From: Eubacteriales bacterium
GTDB taxonomy: Bacteria; Bacillota; Clostridia; Oscillospirales; SIG627
Direction of reading: 5' to 3'
Length of the DNA stretch: 64,000 nucleotides
Assembly: GCA_045597125.1 (NCBI GenBank)
Contig: JAZODR010000021.1
Coordinates: 22,062 to 86,061 of the forward strand
Each line of letters opens with the position of its first letter. Within the stretch, counting starts at the first letter, position 1. Shown piece after piece: positions 53,835 to 62,150 of this stretch. Below the pieces are notes generated by a model that saw only the letters and a list, made by a program, of their open reading frames with translations, did no database searches and was not told the DNA's origin. Both the position numbers and the translations under genes were made by a program.

Positions 53835-55130
53835 ATGATTTGTGAAAATTTGACTGTCGTTTCCGGTAGACTTTTGTTTGCAGGCAGGGATTTGCGTCAG
53901 CTTGCGGATAAATACGGAACTCCCTTGTATCTGATGGATGAGGAGCGCATTCGTGAAAAGTGTCGCATTTACCGTCAGGCAATGATGGAGGCATTCGGAG
54001 AAAATGCGATGCCCGTTTACGCAAGTAAGGCCCTTTCTTTCCGTAGAATGTATGCGATTATGCAGGAAGAAAAAATGGGTATCGAGGTAGTTTCTCCCGG
54101 CGAGATCTATACGGCAAAAAGCGCCGGAGCGGATCTTTGTGATGCTTATTTTAATGGCAATAATAAAACCGATTCGGATATTGCTTATGCCATGGATTGC
54201 GGCGTTGGCTATTTTGTGGTAGATAACGAAGAGGAAATTGATGCTATCGGGCGCATTGCTACCCGGCGCGATAAAAAGCAGAAAGTGCTGCTGCGCATTA
54301 CTCCCGGCATAGATACGCATACCTATGAGGCCATTCAGACGGGCCAGGTGGATTCTAAATTCGGCTCCGCCATCGAAACGGGTCAGGCAATGGCAATTAC
54401 CAAAAAAAGTCTTGGGACAGACGGCGTGGAGCTGGTTGGATTCCATTGCCATGTGGGAAGTCTGGTATTCGATTCTGACACCTTCCTTCGTTCTGCGGCG
54501 ATTATGTTTGCCTTTATGAATGACGTCCGCAAGGAAACGGGCTTTGTGGCAAAGGAACTTTCCCTTGGCGGCGGCTATGGTGTTCGTTATACCGAGTCTG
54601 ATCCCGAACTGGATCTGCGCGCCAATATTCTCTCTGTGGGAAAAGAGGTTGCATCTCTTTGTGAGCATTACTCCTATCCCTGTCCCAAAATGATCCTTGA
54701 GCCGGGCCGAAGCATTGTTGCTGATGCAGGATTGACGCTTTATACCGTTGGCACGGTTAAGCGCATTCCCGGCTACAAAACCTATGTTTCCGTAGATGGC
54801 GGTATGACCGATAATCCCCGTTTTGCCCTTTACGGCGCAGTACATATTCCCGTACTGCCCGAGAAAATGGATGAAAAAGCGGATATGACTTGCTCCGTGG
54901 TGGGACGTTGCTGCGAAAGCGGCGATATTCTTTGTCAGGGTGCCGGTCTTCCGTCTTCCGTGTGCCGCGGCGATCTTCTTGCCGTATTGACCACCGGTGC
55001 GTATAATTACTCTATGGCGTCCCATTACAATCGGATTCCAAAGCCACCCGTGGTAATGCTTTCCGCTGCTGGTGACTACGTGGCTGTCCGCCGTGAGACC
55101 TATGAGGATCTAACACAGTTTGATGTATAA
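53835..55130 (+). CDS. lysA: Diaminopimelate decarboxylase
   Basis: PLYLMDE, YASKALS (PLP Lys), GFHCHVGS, LGGGYG, EPGRSIVA, CESGD and GAYNYSMASHYN are the LysA/group IV decarboxylase motifs. Confidence 0.9.
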   Translation: MICENLTVVSGRLLFAGRDLRQLADKYGTPLYLMDEERIREKCRIYRQAMMEAFGENAMPVYASKALSFRRMYAIMQEEKMGIEVVSPGEIYTAKSAGADLCDAYFNGNNKTDSDIAYAMDCGVGYFVVDNEEEIDAIGRIATRRDKKQKVLLRITPGIDTHTYEAIQTGQVDSKFGSAIETGQAMAITKKSLGTDGVELVGFHCHVGSLVFDSDTFLRSAAIMFAFMNDVRKETGFVAKELSLGGGYGVRYTESDPELDLRANILSVGKEVASLCEHYSYPCPKMILEPGRSIVADAGLTLYTVGTVKRIPGYKTYVSVDGGMTDNPRFALYGAVHIPVLPEKMDEKADMTCSVVGRCCESGDILCQGAGLPSSVCRGDLLAVLTTGAYNYSMASHYNRIPKPPVVMLSAAGDYVAVRRETYEDLTQFDV

Positions 55131-55134
55131 AAAA

Positions 55135-55164
55135 ACTCCCATTCAACTGAATGGGAGTTTTTTT
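55135..55164. terminator. Bidirectional terminator between lysA and tRNA-Pro
   Basis: A-run, ACTCCCATTC-AACT-GAATGGGAGT, T-run. Confidence 0.8.
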
Positions 55165-55240
55165 GGTCGAGATGACAGGATTCGAACCTGCGACTTCTGC
55201 GTCCCGAACGCAGCGCTCTACCAAACTGAGCCACATCTCG
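55164..55240 (-). tRNA. tRNA-Pro (anticodon CGG)
   Basis: The minus strand reads CGAGATG TG GCTC AGTTTGGTA GAGC G CTGCG TTCGGGA CGCAG AAGTC GCAGG TTCGAAT CCTGT CATCTCG A CCA, a complete cloverleaf with an encoded CCA. Confidence 0.9.
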
Positions 55241-55370
55241 AAAAATATTGAATTGTAAGTAGTTTGCACGCAGAAATCGCAGGAACCTGCGACTGCTTCT
55301 CGTTGACACCGTGATTCTGCCATCGCCATTCGGCTCGTCACAATCGGGTGTCTGCCGTAAAGAGTCTGCG

Positions 55371-55392
55371 AAAAAGACACCCGTGTCTTTTT
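55371..55392 (-). terminator. Terminator-like hairpin directly after the truncated tRNA-Pro copy
   Basis: On the minus strand: AAAAAGACAC-GG-GTGTCTTTTT, a perfect 10-nt inverted repeat (the two innermost pairs must open to form a loop) with a T-run. Confidence 0.55.
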
Positions 55393-55444
55393 CTTGCCAC
55401 TTCCGTCCCGAACGCAGCGCTCTACCAAACTGAGCTACATCTCG
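55393..55444 (-). pseudogene. Truncated tRNA-Pro copy (5' ~52 nt only)
   Basis: The first 41 nt equal those of the intact tRNA-Pro except for one substitution (position 9, G to A). A 2-nt deletion then breaks the anticodon stem, 9/11 further matches follow, and homology is then lost. There is no T-arm or acceptor 3' strand. Confidence 0.75.
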
Positions 55445-55466
55445 ATGGAAAAAAGTTAGCCTAATT

Positions 55467-55494
55467 ATTATATCATTTTTTCGTCTTTTGTCAA
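55467..55494 (-). promoter_or_regulatory. Near-consensus sigma-A promoter upstream of the truncated tRNA-Pro copy
   Basis: On the minus strand: TTGACA, 16-nt spacer ending in TGA, TATAAT, about 22 nt upstream of the tRNA-like 5' end. Confidence 0.6.
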
Positions 55495-55611
55495 GGGAAA
55501 AAAGGGTGATATCCTTTTGGCGGTTGAACTGGAATTTTTGGTGAATTGGGTTGAAATATGCAGTATTTTTTGATAAAATGGATTTCACAGATTGAAAGAA
55601 AGGTGATTTCT

Positions 55612-56262
55612 ATGAAGAAAAAGGAAGTTTTGAAGCGTTATCTGCTTTTTATTTTATGTTTATTTTTTATTGGTTTGGGAATTGCTTTGGCAAAGCATAG
55701 CAATCTGGGTATTTCGCCTATTTCCTCGGTGGCAAATGTGCTGAGCATGAAGTGGAATTTTCTGACTCTGGGAAACTGGCTGACGGCGATGAATTGTGTA
55801 TTTATTTTATTGCAGATTTTGATCCTGCGCAAAAATTTCAAGTTGTATCAGCTTTTGCAGCTTCCGCTTTCTTTCATTTTCGGTTATTTTACCGATCTTG
55901 GCTTGTTTATTGTAAGGGGACTTCCCAATTCCTTTTATCTCATTCAACTCTTGATTCAGCTTGTGGGTATTGCGGTATTGGGTTTTGGTATTGCGCTGGG
56001 CGTGATTGCCAATGTGATGCTCAATTCTCCTGAGGCATTTGTAAAGGCAGTTTCTGATACCACGAAAAAAGAGTTTGGCTTCTTGAAGGTTGCGCTGGAC
56101 GTAACGATGGTGGTTCTGGCCATTACCTTCTCTCTGATTTTCTTCGGAAAAATTGAGGGAATCCGAGAGGGCACGGTTATTACTGCACTTCTGGTAGGTC
56201 TTTGTGTGAAATTTTTCCGCGGTCTTCTCCAAAAGCCTTTGGAAGTCTTTTTGAAAAAATAA
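55612..56262 (+). CDS. YczE-like membrane protein
   Basis: LCLFFIGLGIALAKHSNLGISPISSVANVLS and about 6 TM segments resemble the YczE family. ATG 55612 has AAGGTG upstream. Confidence 0.5.
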   Translation: MKKKEVLKRYLLFILCLFFIGLGIALAKHSNLGISPISSVANVLSMKWNFLTLGNWLTAMNCVFILLQILILRKNFKLYQLLQLPLSFIFGYFTDLGLFIVRGLPNSFYLIQLLIQLVGIAVLGFGIALGVIANVMLNSPEAFVKAVSDTTKKEFGFLKVALDVTMVVLAITFSLIFFGKIEGIREGTVITALLVGLCVKFFRGLLQKPLEVFLKK

Positions 56263-56269
56263 ATTTGTT

Positions 56270-56305
56270 AAAAACACCGCTTGCAGTGGCAAGCGGTGTT
56301 TTTTT
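56270..56305. terminator. Bidirectional terminator between the yczE-like gene and murI
   Basis: AAAAACACCGCTTGC-AGTG-GCAAGCGGTGTTTTT. Confidence 0.8.
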
Positions 56306-57077
56306 ATAACTCCAAAAGCTTTTGAGAAAGAGCCAGAATGGCGGGATCGGTTTTGCTGTTGAAAAAGGTTACCTTACCGCCGTCTTCTTTGGGGGAGAGA
56401 AGGGAGTATTCCTCTAAACGGCGGCGGGTTTGCTTTGCCGTGCCGTAGCCACCGTCAAAAATAGTAGCATTGGGAAATAGCTTTGTAATTGTGCCGCGGA
56501 TAAGGGGATAGTGGGTGCAGCCCAAAACGATTCCGTCGGCGCTTTGTGGATCAAAGGGCGCGAAGCGCTCGGTTAGATATTTTTCGAGTTCGGTGCCTTC
56601 CAAAATTCCCGCTTCGATCAATTCTACAAGACCGGGGCATGGGACCTTTATGATATTGGCATCGTTTTCGTAAAAGTGTAATAAATTAGAAAATTTTTCC
56701 TGCTCCAACGTCATCGGGGTTGCCATAACCAAAATTCTGGGATGTTCTGCGGAAAGAACTGCGGGCTTTAGTGCCGGCTCAATTCCAATGACGGGAATTT
56801 TTGCATATTTTTCTCGTAAAACGGGAATGGCAACGCTGGTAGCCGTATTGCACGCTACCACCAAGGCCTTCGCTCCTTTCTCAAGGAGAAATTCCGCTGC
56901 GGAGAGGGAAAGATTTACCACTTCATCAACCTCTTTTGTTCCGTAAGGCGCGTGGGCGGAATCTCCGTAATAGAGAAAATTTTCACCGGGCAGAAGTTTA
57001 ATCAGCTCCCGCAGGACACTGATACCACCCACACCGGAGTCCATTACACCAATGGGCATCAATTTGTTTTCATTCAT
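56304..57077 (-). CDS. murI: Glutamate racemase
   Basis: IGVMDSGVGGISVLRE, YYGDSAHAPYG, VVACNTATS and VLGCTHYPL, including both catalytic Cys motifs. Confidence 0.9.
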   Translation of the reverse strand: MNENKLMPIGVMDSGVGGISVLRELIKLLPGENFLYYGDSAHAPYGTKEVDEVVNLSLSAAEFLLEKGAKALVVACNTATSVAIPVLREKYAKIPVIGIEPALKPAVLSAEHPRILVMATPMTLEQEKFSNLLHFYENDANIIKVPCPGLVELIEAGILEGTELEKYLTERFAPFDPQSADGIVLGCTHYPLIRGTITKLFPNATIFDGGYGTAKQTRRRLEEYSLLSPKEDGGKVTFFNSKTDPAILALSQKLLEL

Positions 57078-57091
57078 GAAAGTTACCTTCC

Positions 57092-57580
57092 TTACAGCGA
57101 CTTGATTTTTTCTTTTAAAAGAGCAAGTAAGGTTTCGTCGGGTTCAAAAATGAGGAGAACATAGCCCTTTTCCTCGGGGGAGAGAAGGTAATAAGGCTTT
57201 TCGGGAAACAGGTTTTGACAGTAAGAAAATCGGGAAGAAGTAAGGTAATTATGCTTTTCTTTCTCCCAAGTTTTGCGGTCCAGAATGACTGTTTGCGAAG
57301 TAATGGGAATGCCGCCTAAATTCTTTTCGCGAGGACCTTGTCGGGTGGATAGAAGGAGATAGCCGTCTTCCAAACCGTAGCGGTACTGCGTGAGAAGAAA
57401 GCGATTGCTGATCTGGATGACAATAAGCAGAATTGCTGCAGAAAATAGTTGTAAAAGCGCTTTAATTTGTGGAAAGCGAATGGAAAGTAAGAAGAGAATC
57501 ATTGCAAGTGCGGCAAGGAAATATACCATCGCTTCGGTCTTCTTACTTGACCTTTTTGGTTTGCAAAAATAATTTTTCAT
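57092..57580 (-). CDS. Membrane-anchored hypothetical protein
   Basis: Two N-terminal TM spans followed by a ~90-aa soluble domain. Coupled to the neighbouring genes (ATGA overlap upstream, 14-nt gap downstream). No family recognised. Confidence 0.4.
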   Translation of the reverse strand: MKNYFCKPKRSSKKTEAMVYFLAALAMILFLLSIRFPQIKALLQLFSAAILLIVIQISNRFLLTQYRYGLEDGYLLLSTRQGPREKNLGGIPITSQTVILDRKTWEKEKHNYLTSSRFSYCQNLFPEKPYYLLSPEEKGYVLLIFEPDETLLALLKEKIKSL

Positions 57581-58131
57581 AGAGATATCTCCAGTAAATT
57601 AATAATATCCAAAAAGGCGGAGGAGGAAAGATTTTTTGGCAGTGCATTTGCTTCCAATACCGCTTCCCTACGGCTTTTGGAATCATTTTTTCCAAAATAT
57701 CCCAGTCGGTACAGATCGGTTTTGGTATAAGAAGTAACGTCGGTTTTGCTGTCTTGGAGCAGACCGCTTTTTTCAAAGAGGGACAAAAGAGTCTGATTAT
57801 CAATGCCTTCAACGCCCAAAAGCCCTTCCTTTGAGCCTTGTGTTTTGCGTCGCTCCTTGCCTGCCGTGGGAGGCACGTATAGGTCGGTAATGCCTCGTCC
57901 GCCCGTGAGAGTATGTAAATGGCCGCGAATGACCTTGCCCGCTCCGTCGGGATCCATCAGAATAACCAGACCGGGTTGTTCGGCAAGTCTTTTGATAAGA
58001 GCTCGTTTTTCTGCATCCTTAAAGATACCAAAGCCTTCTGTGGTCAGAATCGTGGCATCCAGCATGGATTCGATGCGGATTTTATCGTATTTTCCCTCTA
58101 CCACAATGACCTTTCTGCAATGAGGCTTCAT
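57577..58131 (-). CDS. rnmV: Toprim-domain protein, ribonuclease M5-like
   Basis: KVIVVEGKYDKIRI...GLVILMDPDGAGKVIRGHL follows the RNase M5 Toprim pattern (VVEGxxD ... ILTDPDxxGxxIR). ATG 58131 overlaps the holA stop. Confidence 0.6.
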   Translation of the reverse strand: MKPHCRKVIVVEGKYDKIRIESMLDATILTTEGFGIFKDAEKRALIKRLAEQPGLVILMDPDGAGKVIRGHLHTLTGGRGITDLYVPPTAGKERRKTQGSKEGLLGVEGIDNQTLLSLFEKSGLLQDSKTDVTSYTKTDLYRLGYFGKNDSKSRREAVLEANALPKNLSSSAFLDIINLLEISL

Positions 58132-59177
58132 ACTGCACCGCCCAGAATTCGAGTCATTTGCAAAATGTAGATTTCCGTCACAATCCAAATGTCACTTCTT
58201 GCGCCTTTTAATTTCCCATCAAGTTCCAGACAAAGCATCAATGCCTTTTCTACATTTTCTTTTTTCTTTCCGTAAAGGGCTTTGCGGTATTTATCGTATT
58301 GCCAGGGGAGTACCTTTGCCGCTTTCGCACAGTCTGCGGCAGAAGCTCCTTCCGCTACCAGCATCGCACCTGTCAGGAAGGAAGCAAGAACCCCCGCAAT
58401 CATTATAGGGTGCACGTCCTGCTTCTTTAAATTGGACAGTATTTTTTCTACTGCACTCAGAGCGCCTTCCAGTACGGCATCGCATAGATTATAGGTGGCA
58501 AATTCGGTGGTATCCTCTGCAAAAAGGAGTACGTCTTCCTCGGTGACCTCGCTTTTCTGATTGGCGTTGGCATAGGCGGACAATTTTTCCAGTTCTCCGC
58601 GAATGATCTGCATCCGTGAACTGCACAGACGAAACAGGGTGCGCAGAGCTTTATCCGATGCGGTAAGGCCATCTGAGGCAAGAATCTTCTTTGCCCAAGG
58701 CAGCAACACTCTTTCCTCTTGCAGACAGAAATTGACAAAGGTTAGTTGCTGGCTTAAGGTAAGAACACTTTTCTTTTTCAGATCTTTTTTATCCGAGCCG
58801 AATTCCTCATGATTGGTAAAGACGATTAAAATCAGATAAGGCGGAAAGTTTTTCATCAGGTCCAAAAAACGCTTTTGGTCTGAATCACTCAGCTTTGTGG
58901 GGGAAAGGCCCCGACAGATTATAAGGCGTTTTTCGCCGCAAAAGGGGAGAATCTCCGCTTCGCCCAAAAGGTCGTTCATCGTATGGTCGCGGGAGAAATC
59001 CAGGCGCGCGATATTAAATTCTGCCGAGCCTTCTTTTTCAATGAGTGTGACAAATTTCTGCAGATAAAACTGCTTCAGCAATTCCTCCGGTCCGTAAAAG
59101 GCGAAAGCGCCTAAGGGGTTTTCCCGTAGGCGCGCTTTCAATTGGGACACGGAGATTCCAAGGAAATTCTGTGCCAT
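58128..59177 (-). CDS. holA: DNA polymerase III subunit delta
   Basis: About 350 aa. N-terminal AFAFYGPEELLKQFY is typical of HolA, and the all-helical C-terminal half fits. Confidence 0.65.
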   Translation of the reverse strand: MAQNFLGISVSQLKARLRENPLGAFAFYGPEELLKQFYLQKFVTLIEKEGSAEFNIARLDFSRDHTMNDLLGEAEILPFCGEKRLIICRGLSPTKLSDSDQKRFLDLMKNFPPYLILIVFTNHEEFGSDKKDLKKKSVLTLSQQLTFVNFCLQEERVLLPWAKKILASDGLTASDKALRTLFRLCSSRMQIIRGELEKLSAYANANQKSEVTEEDVLLFAEDTTEFATYNLCDAVLEGALSAVEKILSNLKKQDVHPIMIAGVLASFLTGAMLVAEGASAADCAKAAKVLPWQYDKYRKALYGKKKENVEKALMLCLELDGKLKGARSDIWIVTEIYILQMTRILGGAV

Positions 59178-59515
59178 TAGTCCATTGTTTCGGAGAGCTG
59201 TTTGCCGCCCAGCACGTGAAAGTGCAAGTGCTTAACGGACTGGCATCCGTGTTCACCGATATTGGTAATGACGCGATAGCCTTTTTCAAGACCTTCCGCC
59301 TTTGCAATTTTGGGGATAGCCTGAAAGATTTTGGCAACCGTCCGGCTATTTTCCTCATTTATTGCATCTGCAGAGGGGATATGGGTCTTGGGGACCACCA
59401 GTACGTGGGTGGGAGCCTGAGGATTAATGTCGCGGAAGGCATATACCGCATCATCTTCGTAAACCTTGGTAGAGGGGATATCCCCCTTGATAATAGAACA
59501 AAATAAACAGTCCAT
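59177..59515 (-). CDS. HIT-family (histidine triad) nucleotide hydrolase
   Basis: MDCLFCSIIKGDIPS...DINPQAPTHVLVVPK...QSVKHLHFHVLGG contains the HxHxHxx triad. AAGGAG SD. The track's longer start (59638) lies inside alaS. Confidence 0.9.
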   Translation of the reverse strand: MDCLFCSIIKGDIPSTKVYEDDAVYAFRDINPQAPTHVLVVPKTHIPSADAINEENSRTVAKIFQAIPKIAKAEGLEKGYRVITNIGEHGCQSVKHLHFHVLGGKQLSETMD

Positions 59516-59525
59516 AAGGTTCTCC

Positions 59526-62132
59526 TTAAAACAGTTTGAAAAATGCTTCTTTGGCTTCGCCGATCTTCTCGGGACATTTACCGCCGGACTGAGCAGAATC
59601 GGGTCTGCCGCCGCCGCCACCGCCCAAAATGGGAGCAATGGCTTTTACGATGTTGCCTGCGTGAGCGCCCTTGGCAACGGCATCCTTGCCGCAGACGGTA
59701 AGAAGCTGTACCTTGTCACCGCGAAGCTGATAGAATACGGCAACGGTATCGGGGTGGCTATCGCGGATCATATCACCGGTTTTTCTGGCATCGCTATCTG
59801 CGGAAAGTTCTTTGAAAATCAGCTTCATTCCATTTGTTACAACTGCATCGTCAAAGAGAGAGCCTATAGAAGCGGCGGTAAGCTTTGCACCAAGCGCGTC
59901 AATTTTGTCTTTTGCTTCTTTCAATTCGGTTTTCAGAGAGCGAATTTTCTCGGGGAGGAGGGAGGAGGTAGTTTTAAGAACTTCTGCGCCCTCTGAGAGA
60001 AGTGCTTCTTTCTCATATAAGTACTTTAAAAGGTTCTTTCCGGTTACACCTTCAATACGGCGTACGCCTGCGGCAACACCGCTTTCGGAGAGGATACGGA
60101 AAAGACCTGCCTCGGAGCTGTTTTTCAGGTGGGTGCCTCCGCAAAGCTCACGGGAGAAATCACCCATGGTAACAAGTCGAACCGTGCTGCCGTACTTTTC
60201 GCCAAACAAGGCCATGGCGCCCAGCTCTTTTGCCTGATTAATGCCTGTTACAATGGTTTCTACGGGCAGAGCGCGTAGAATCATTTCGTTTACCATTGCT
60301 TCAACGCGGGTCAGCTCTTCGCCTGTCATTGACTGAAAGTGTTTGAAGTCAAAGCGTAGGCGGTCTGCATCCACGTAGCTTCCTGCCTGCTCCACGTGGC
60401 TGCCGAGAATCTGGCGAAGTGCAGCCTGCAAAAGATGGACAGTGGAGTGGTTTCTGGCAATGGCAGCTCTGCGCTGGGTATCCACCAGACACAGAACCTC
60501 ATCACCTACGGAGATAGAGCCGTTTTCCACGCGAATCATATGGAGGAAAATGCCGTCGTTCTTTTTGGTATCTAGAACTGCCACACCGCCGTTTTCTCCG
60601 GTGATGATACCCATATCGCCTACCTGACCGCCGGATTCACCATAGAAGGGGGTGGTATTCAGAACGAGAGTTGCTTCACCCTCGGTTAGCGTGGTAAGCG
60701 CTTCATCTTCGGCAAAGATGGCAAGGACTTTTGCTTTGCAGCTTGTTTTTTCATAGCCGCAAAATTGGGTTGCGGGAATCCCATCTGCCAGATTTTTCGC
60801 TGCATCGGACCAGCCGGAAATGTTGGCACGGGCATCTCTTGCTCGCTTTTTTTGCTCTTGCATGAGAGCGGCAAAGCGCTCCTCGTCAATGGTAAGTCCT
60901 GCTTCTTCTGCAATCTCGCGGGTCAGGTCAATGGGGAAGCCGAAGGTATCGTAAAGCTTGAATACATCTTCACCCGACAAGGTCTTTTCGCCGTTTGCTT
61001 TTGCCTTTTTGGTTAGCTCTGAGAGAATCGTAAGGCCGGAGTCAATCGTAGCGTTGAATTTTTCTTCTTCAATAGAAATAATCTTTTTGATGTACGCTTC
61101 CTTTTCGCGAAGCTCGGGGTAACCTGCTTCGTTTTCGCTGATAACCACGTCACACAGACCGGACAGAAAAGCGTTTTCAATGCCAAGAAGTTTTCCGTGG
61201 CGAGCGGCGCGGCGCAGAATTCTGCGGAGCACGTAGCCTCTGCCCTCATTGGAGGGGGAAACACCGTCGGAAATCATAAAGGTGGAGGAGCGAATATGGT
61301 CGGTGATGATACGGATAGATACGTCGGTATCGGTGTCTTGTCCGTATTGTTTGTCGGCGGCGGTGCAAACTGCATCTAAAATCTTGCGGACGGTGTCCAC
61401 CTCAAACATATTATCCACGCCCTGCATCACGCAGGCAAGACGCTCCAGACCCATACCCGTATCAATGTTTTTCTGAGAAAGCTCGGTATAGTTGCCTTTT
61501 CCATCGTTGTCAAACTGGGTGAATACATTGTTCCAAATTTCCATATAGCGGTCACATTCACAACCGGGTTTGCAGTCGGGGGAACCGCAACCGTATTTTT
61601 CACCGCGGTCGAAGTAAATCTCGGAGCAGGGGCCGCAGGGGCCTGTTCCGTGCTCCCAGAAATTATCAGCCTTGCCCAGACGGACGATGCGCTCCTCGGG
61701 AACGCCAATCACGTCTCTCCAGATATGGAAGGCTTCCTCATCCTTTTCGTAAATAGAGGGCCAGAGAAGCTCTCCGGGAATCTCCAGAACCTGAGTGAGA
61801 AATTCCCAAGCAAAGGGAATGGCCTCATTCTTGAAGTAATCGCCGAAAGAGAAGTTGCCCAGCATTTCAAAATAAGTGCCGTGGCGGGCAGTCTTACCTA
61901 CGCGCTCCAGATCGGGAGTGCGGATGCACTTCTGACAGGTGCACACTCTTCTTCTGGGGGGCTCTTCTTCGCCGGTAAAGTATTTCTTCATCGGTGCCAT
62001 ACCGCTGTTGATGAGAAGCAGAGATTTGTCGCCCTGAGGCACCAGAGAGAAAGAGGGGAGACGTAGATGCCCCTTGGATTCAAAGTAGGAGAGATATTTT
62101 TCTCTCAGTTCGTTCAAGCCTGTATATTTCAT
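59526..62132 (-). CDS. alaS: Alanine--tRNA ligase
   Basis: 868 aa. FESKGH, FTGEEEPP, TCQKCIRT, HGTYFEMLGNFSFGDYFK, the editing-domain HSTVHLL...GGTH, and a C-terminal GGGGGRPDSAQ (DHHA1). Confidence 0.95.
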   Translation of the reverse strand: MKYTGLNELREKYLSYFESKGHLRLPSFSLVPQGDKSLLLINSGMAPMKKYFTGEEEPPRRRVCTCQKCIRTPDLERVGKTARHGTYFEMLGNFSFGDYFKNEAIPFAWEFLTQVLEIPGELLWPSIYEKDEEAFHIWRDVIGVPEERIVRLGKADNFWEHGTGPCGPCSEIYFDRGEKYGCGSPDCKPGCECDRYMEIWNNVFTQFDNDGKGNYTELSQKNIDTGMGLERLACVMQGVDNMFEVDTVRKILDAVCTAADKQYGQDTDTDVSIRIITDHIRSSTFMISDGVSPSNEGRGYVLRRILRRAARHGKLLGIENAFLSGLCDVVISENEAGYPELREKEAYIKKIISIEEEKFNATIDSGLTILSELTKKAKANGEKTLSGEDVFKLYDTFGFPIDLTREIAEEAGLTIDEERFAALMQEQKKRARDARANISGWSDAAKNLADGIPATQFCGYEKTSCKAKVLAIFAEDEALTTLTEGEATLVLNTTPFYGESGGQVGDMGIITGENGGVAVLDTKKNDGIFLHMIRVENGSISVGDEVLCLVDTQRRAAIARNHSTVHLLQAALRQILGSHVEQAGSYVDADRLRFDFKHFQSMTGEELTRVEAMVNEMILRALPVETIVTGINQAKELGAMALFGEKYGSTVRLVTMGDFSRELCGGTHLKNSSEAGLFRILSESGVAAGVRRIEGVTGKNLLKYLYEKEALLSEGAEVLKTTSSLLPEKIRSLKTELKEAKDKIDALGAKLTAASIGSLFDDAVVTNGMKLIFKELSADSDARKTGDMIRDSHPDTVAVFYQLRGDKVQLLTVCGKDAVAKGAHAGNIVKAIAPILGGGGGGRPDSAQSGGKCPEKIGEAKEAFFKLF

Positions 62133-62150
62133 TGATATTCCTCGATTTTT

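Noticed and set aside
52336-55025. Two long ORFs (421 aa and 410 aa) antisense to the aspartokinase and lysA genes
   Set aside because: Both are opposite genes with complete family motifs. They have no ribosome-binding sites and a skewed composition, the same antisense phenomenon as above.
55241-55444. Idea that the upstream tRNA-Pro fragment is the 5' exon of an intron-containing (group I) tRNA gene
   Set aside because: Homology breaks in the anticodon stem rather than the anticodon loop. The intervening segment (~150 nt) is shorter than any group I intron I know of. No matching 3' exon (T-arm plus acceptor strand) follows other than the complete downstream tRNA, which has its own 5' half.
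50957-55500. Integrated mobile element using tRNA-Ala or tRNA-Pro as its att site
   Set aside because: There is no integrase or recombinase near either tRNA. The genes between them are a coherent lysine-biosynthesis operon. The only tRNA-derived repeat is a 5' fragment upstream of the gene, the wrong geometry for classic 3'-end integration.
55012-55588. ORFs of 138 and 162 aa on the minus strand across the tRNA-Pro region
   Set aside because: They read straight through a tRNA gene, its truncated copy and two terminator hairpins, so they are non-coding.
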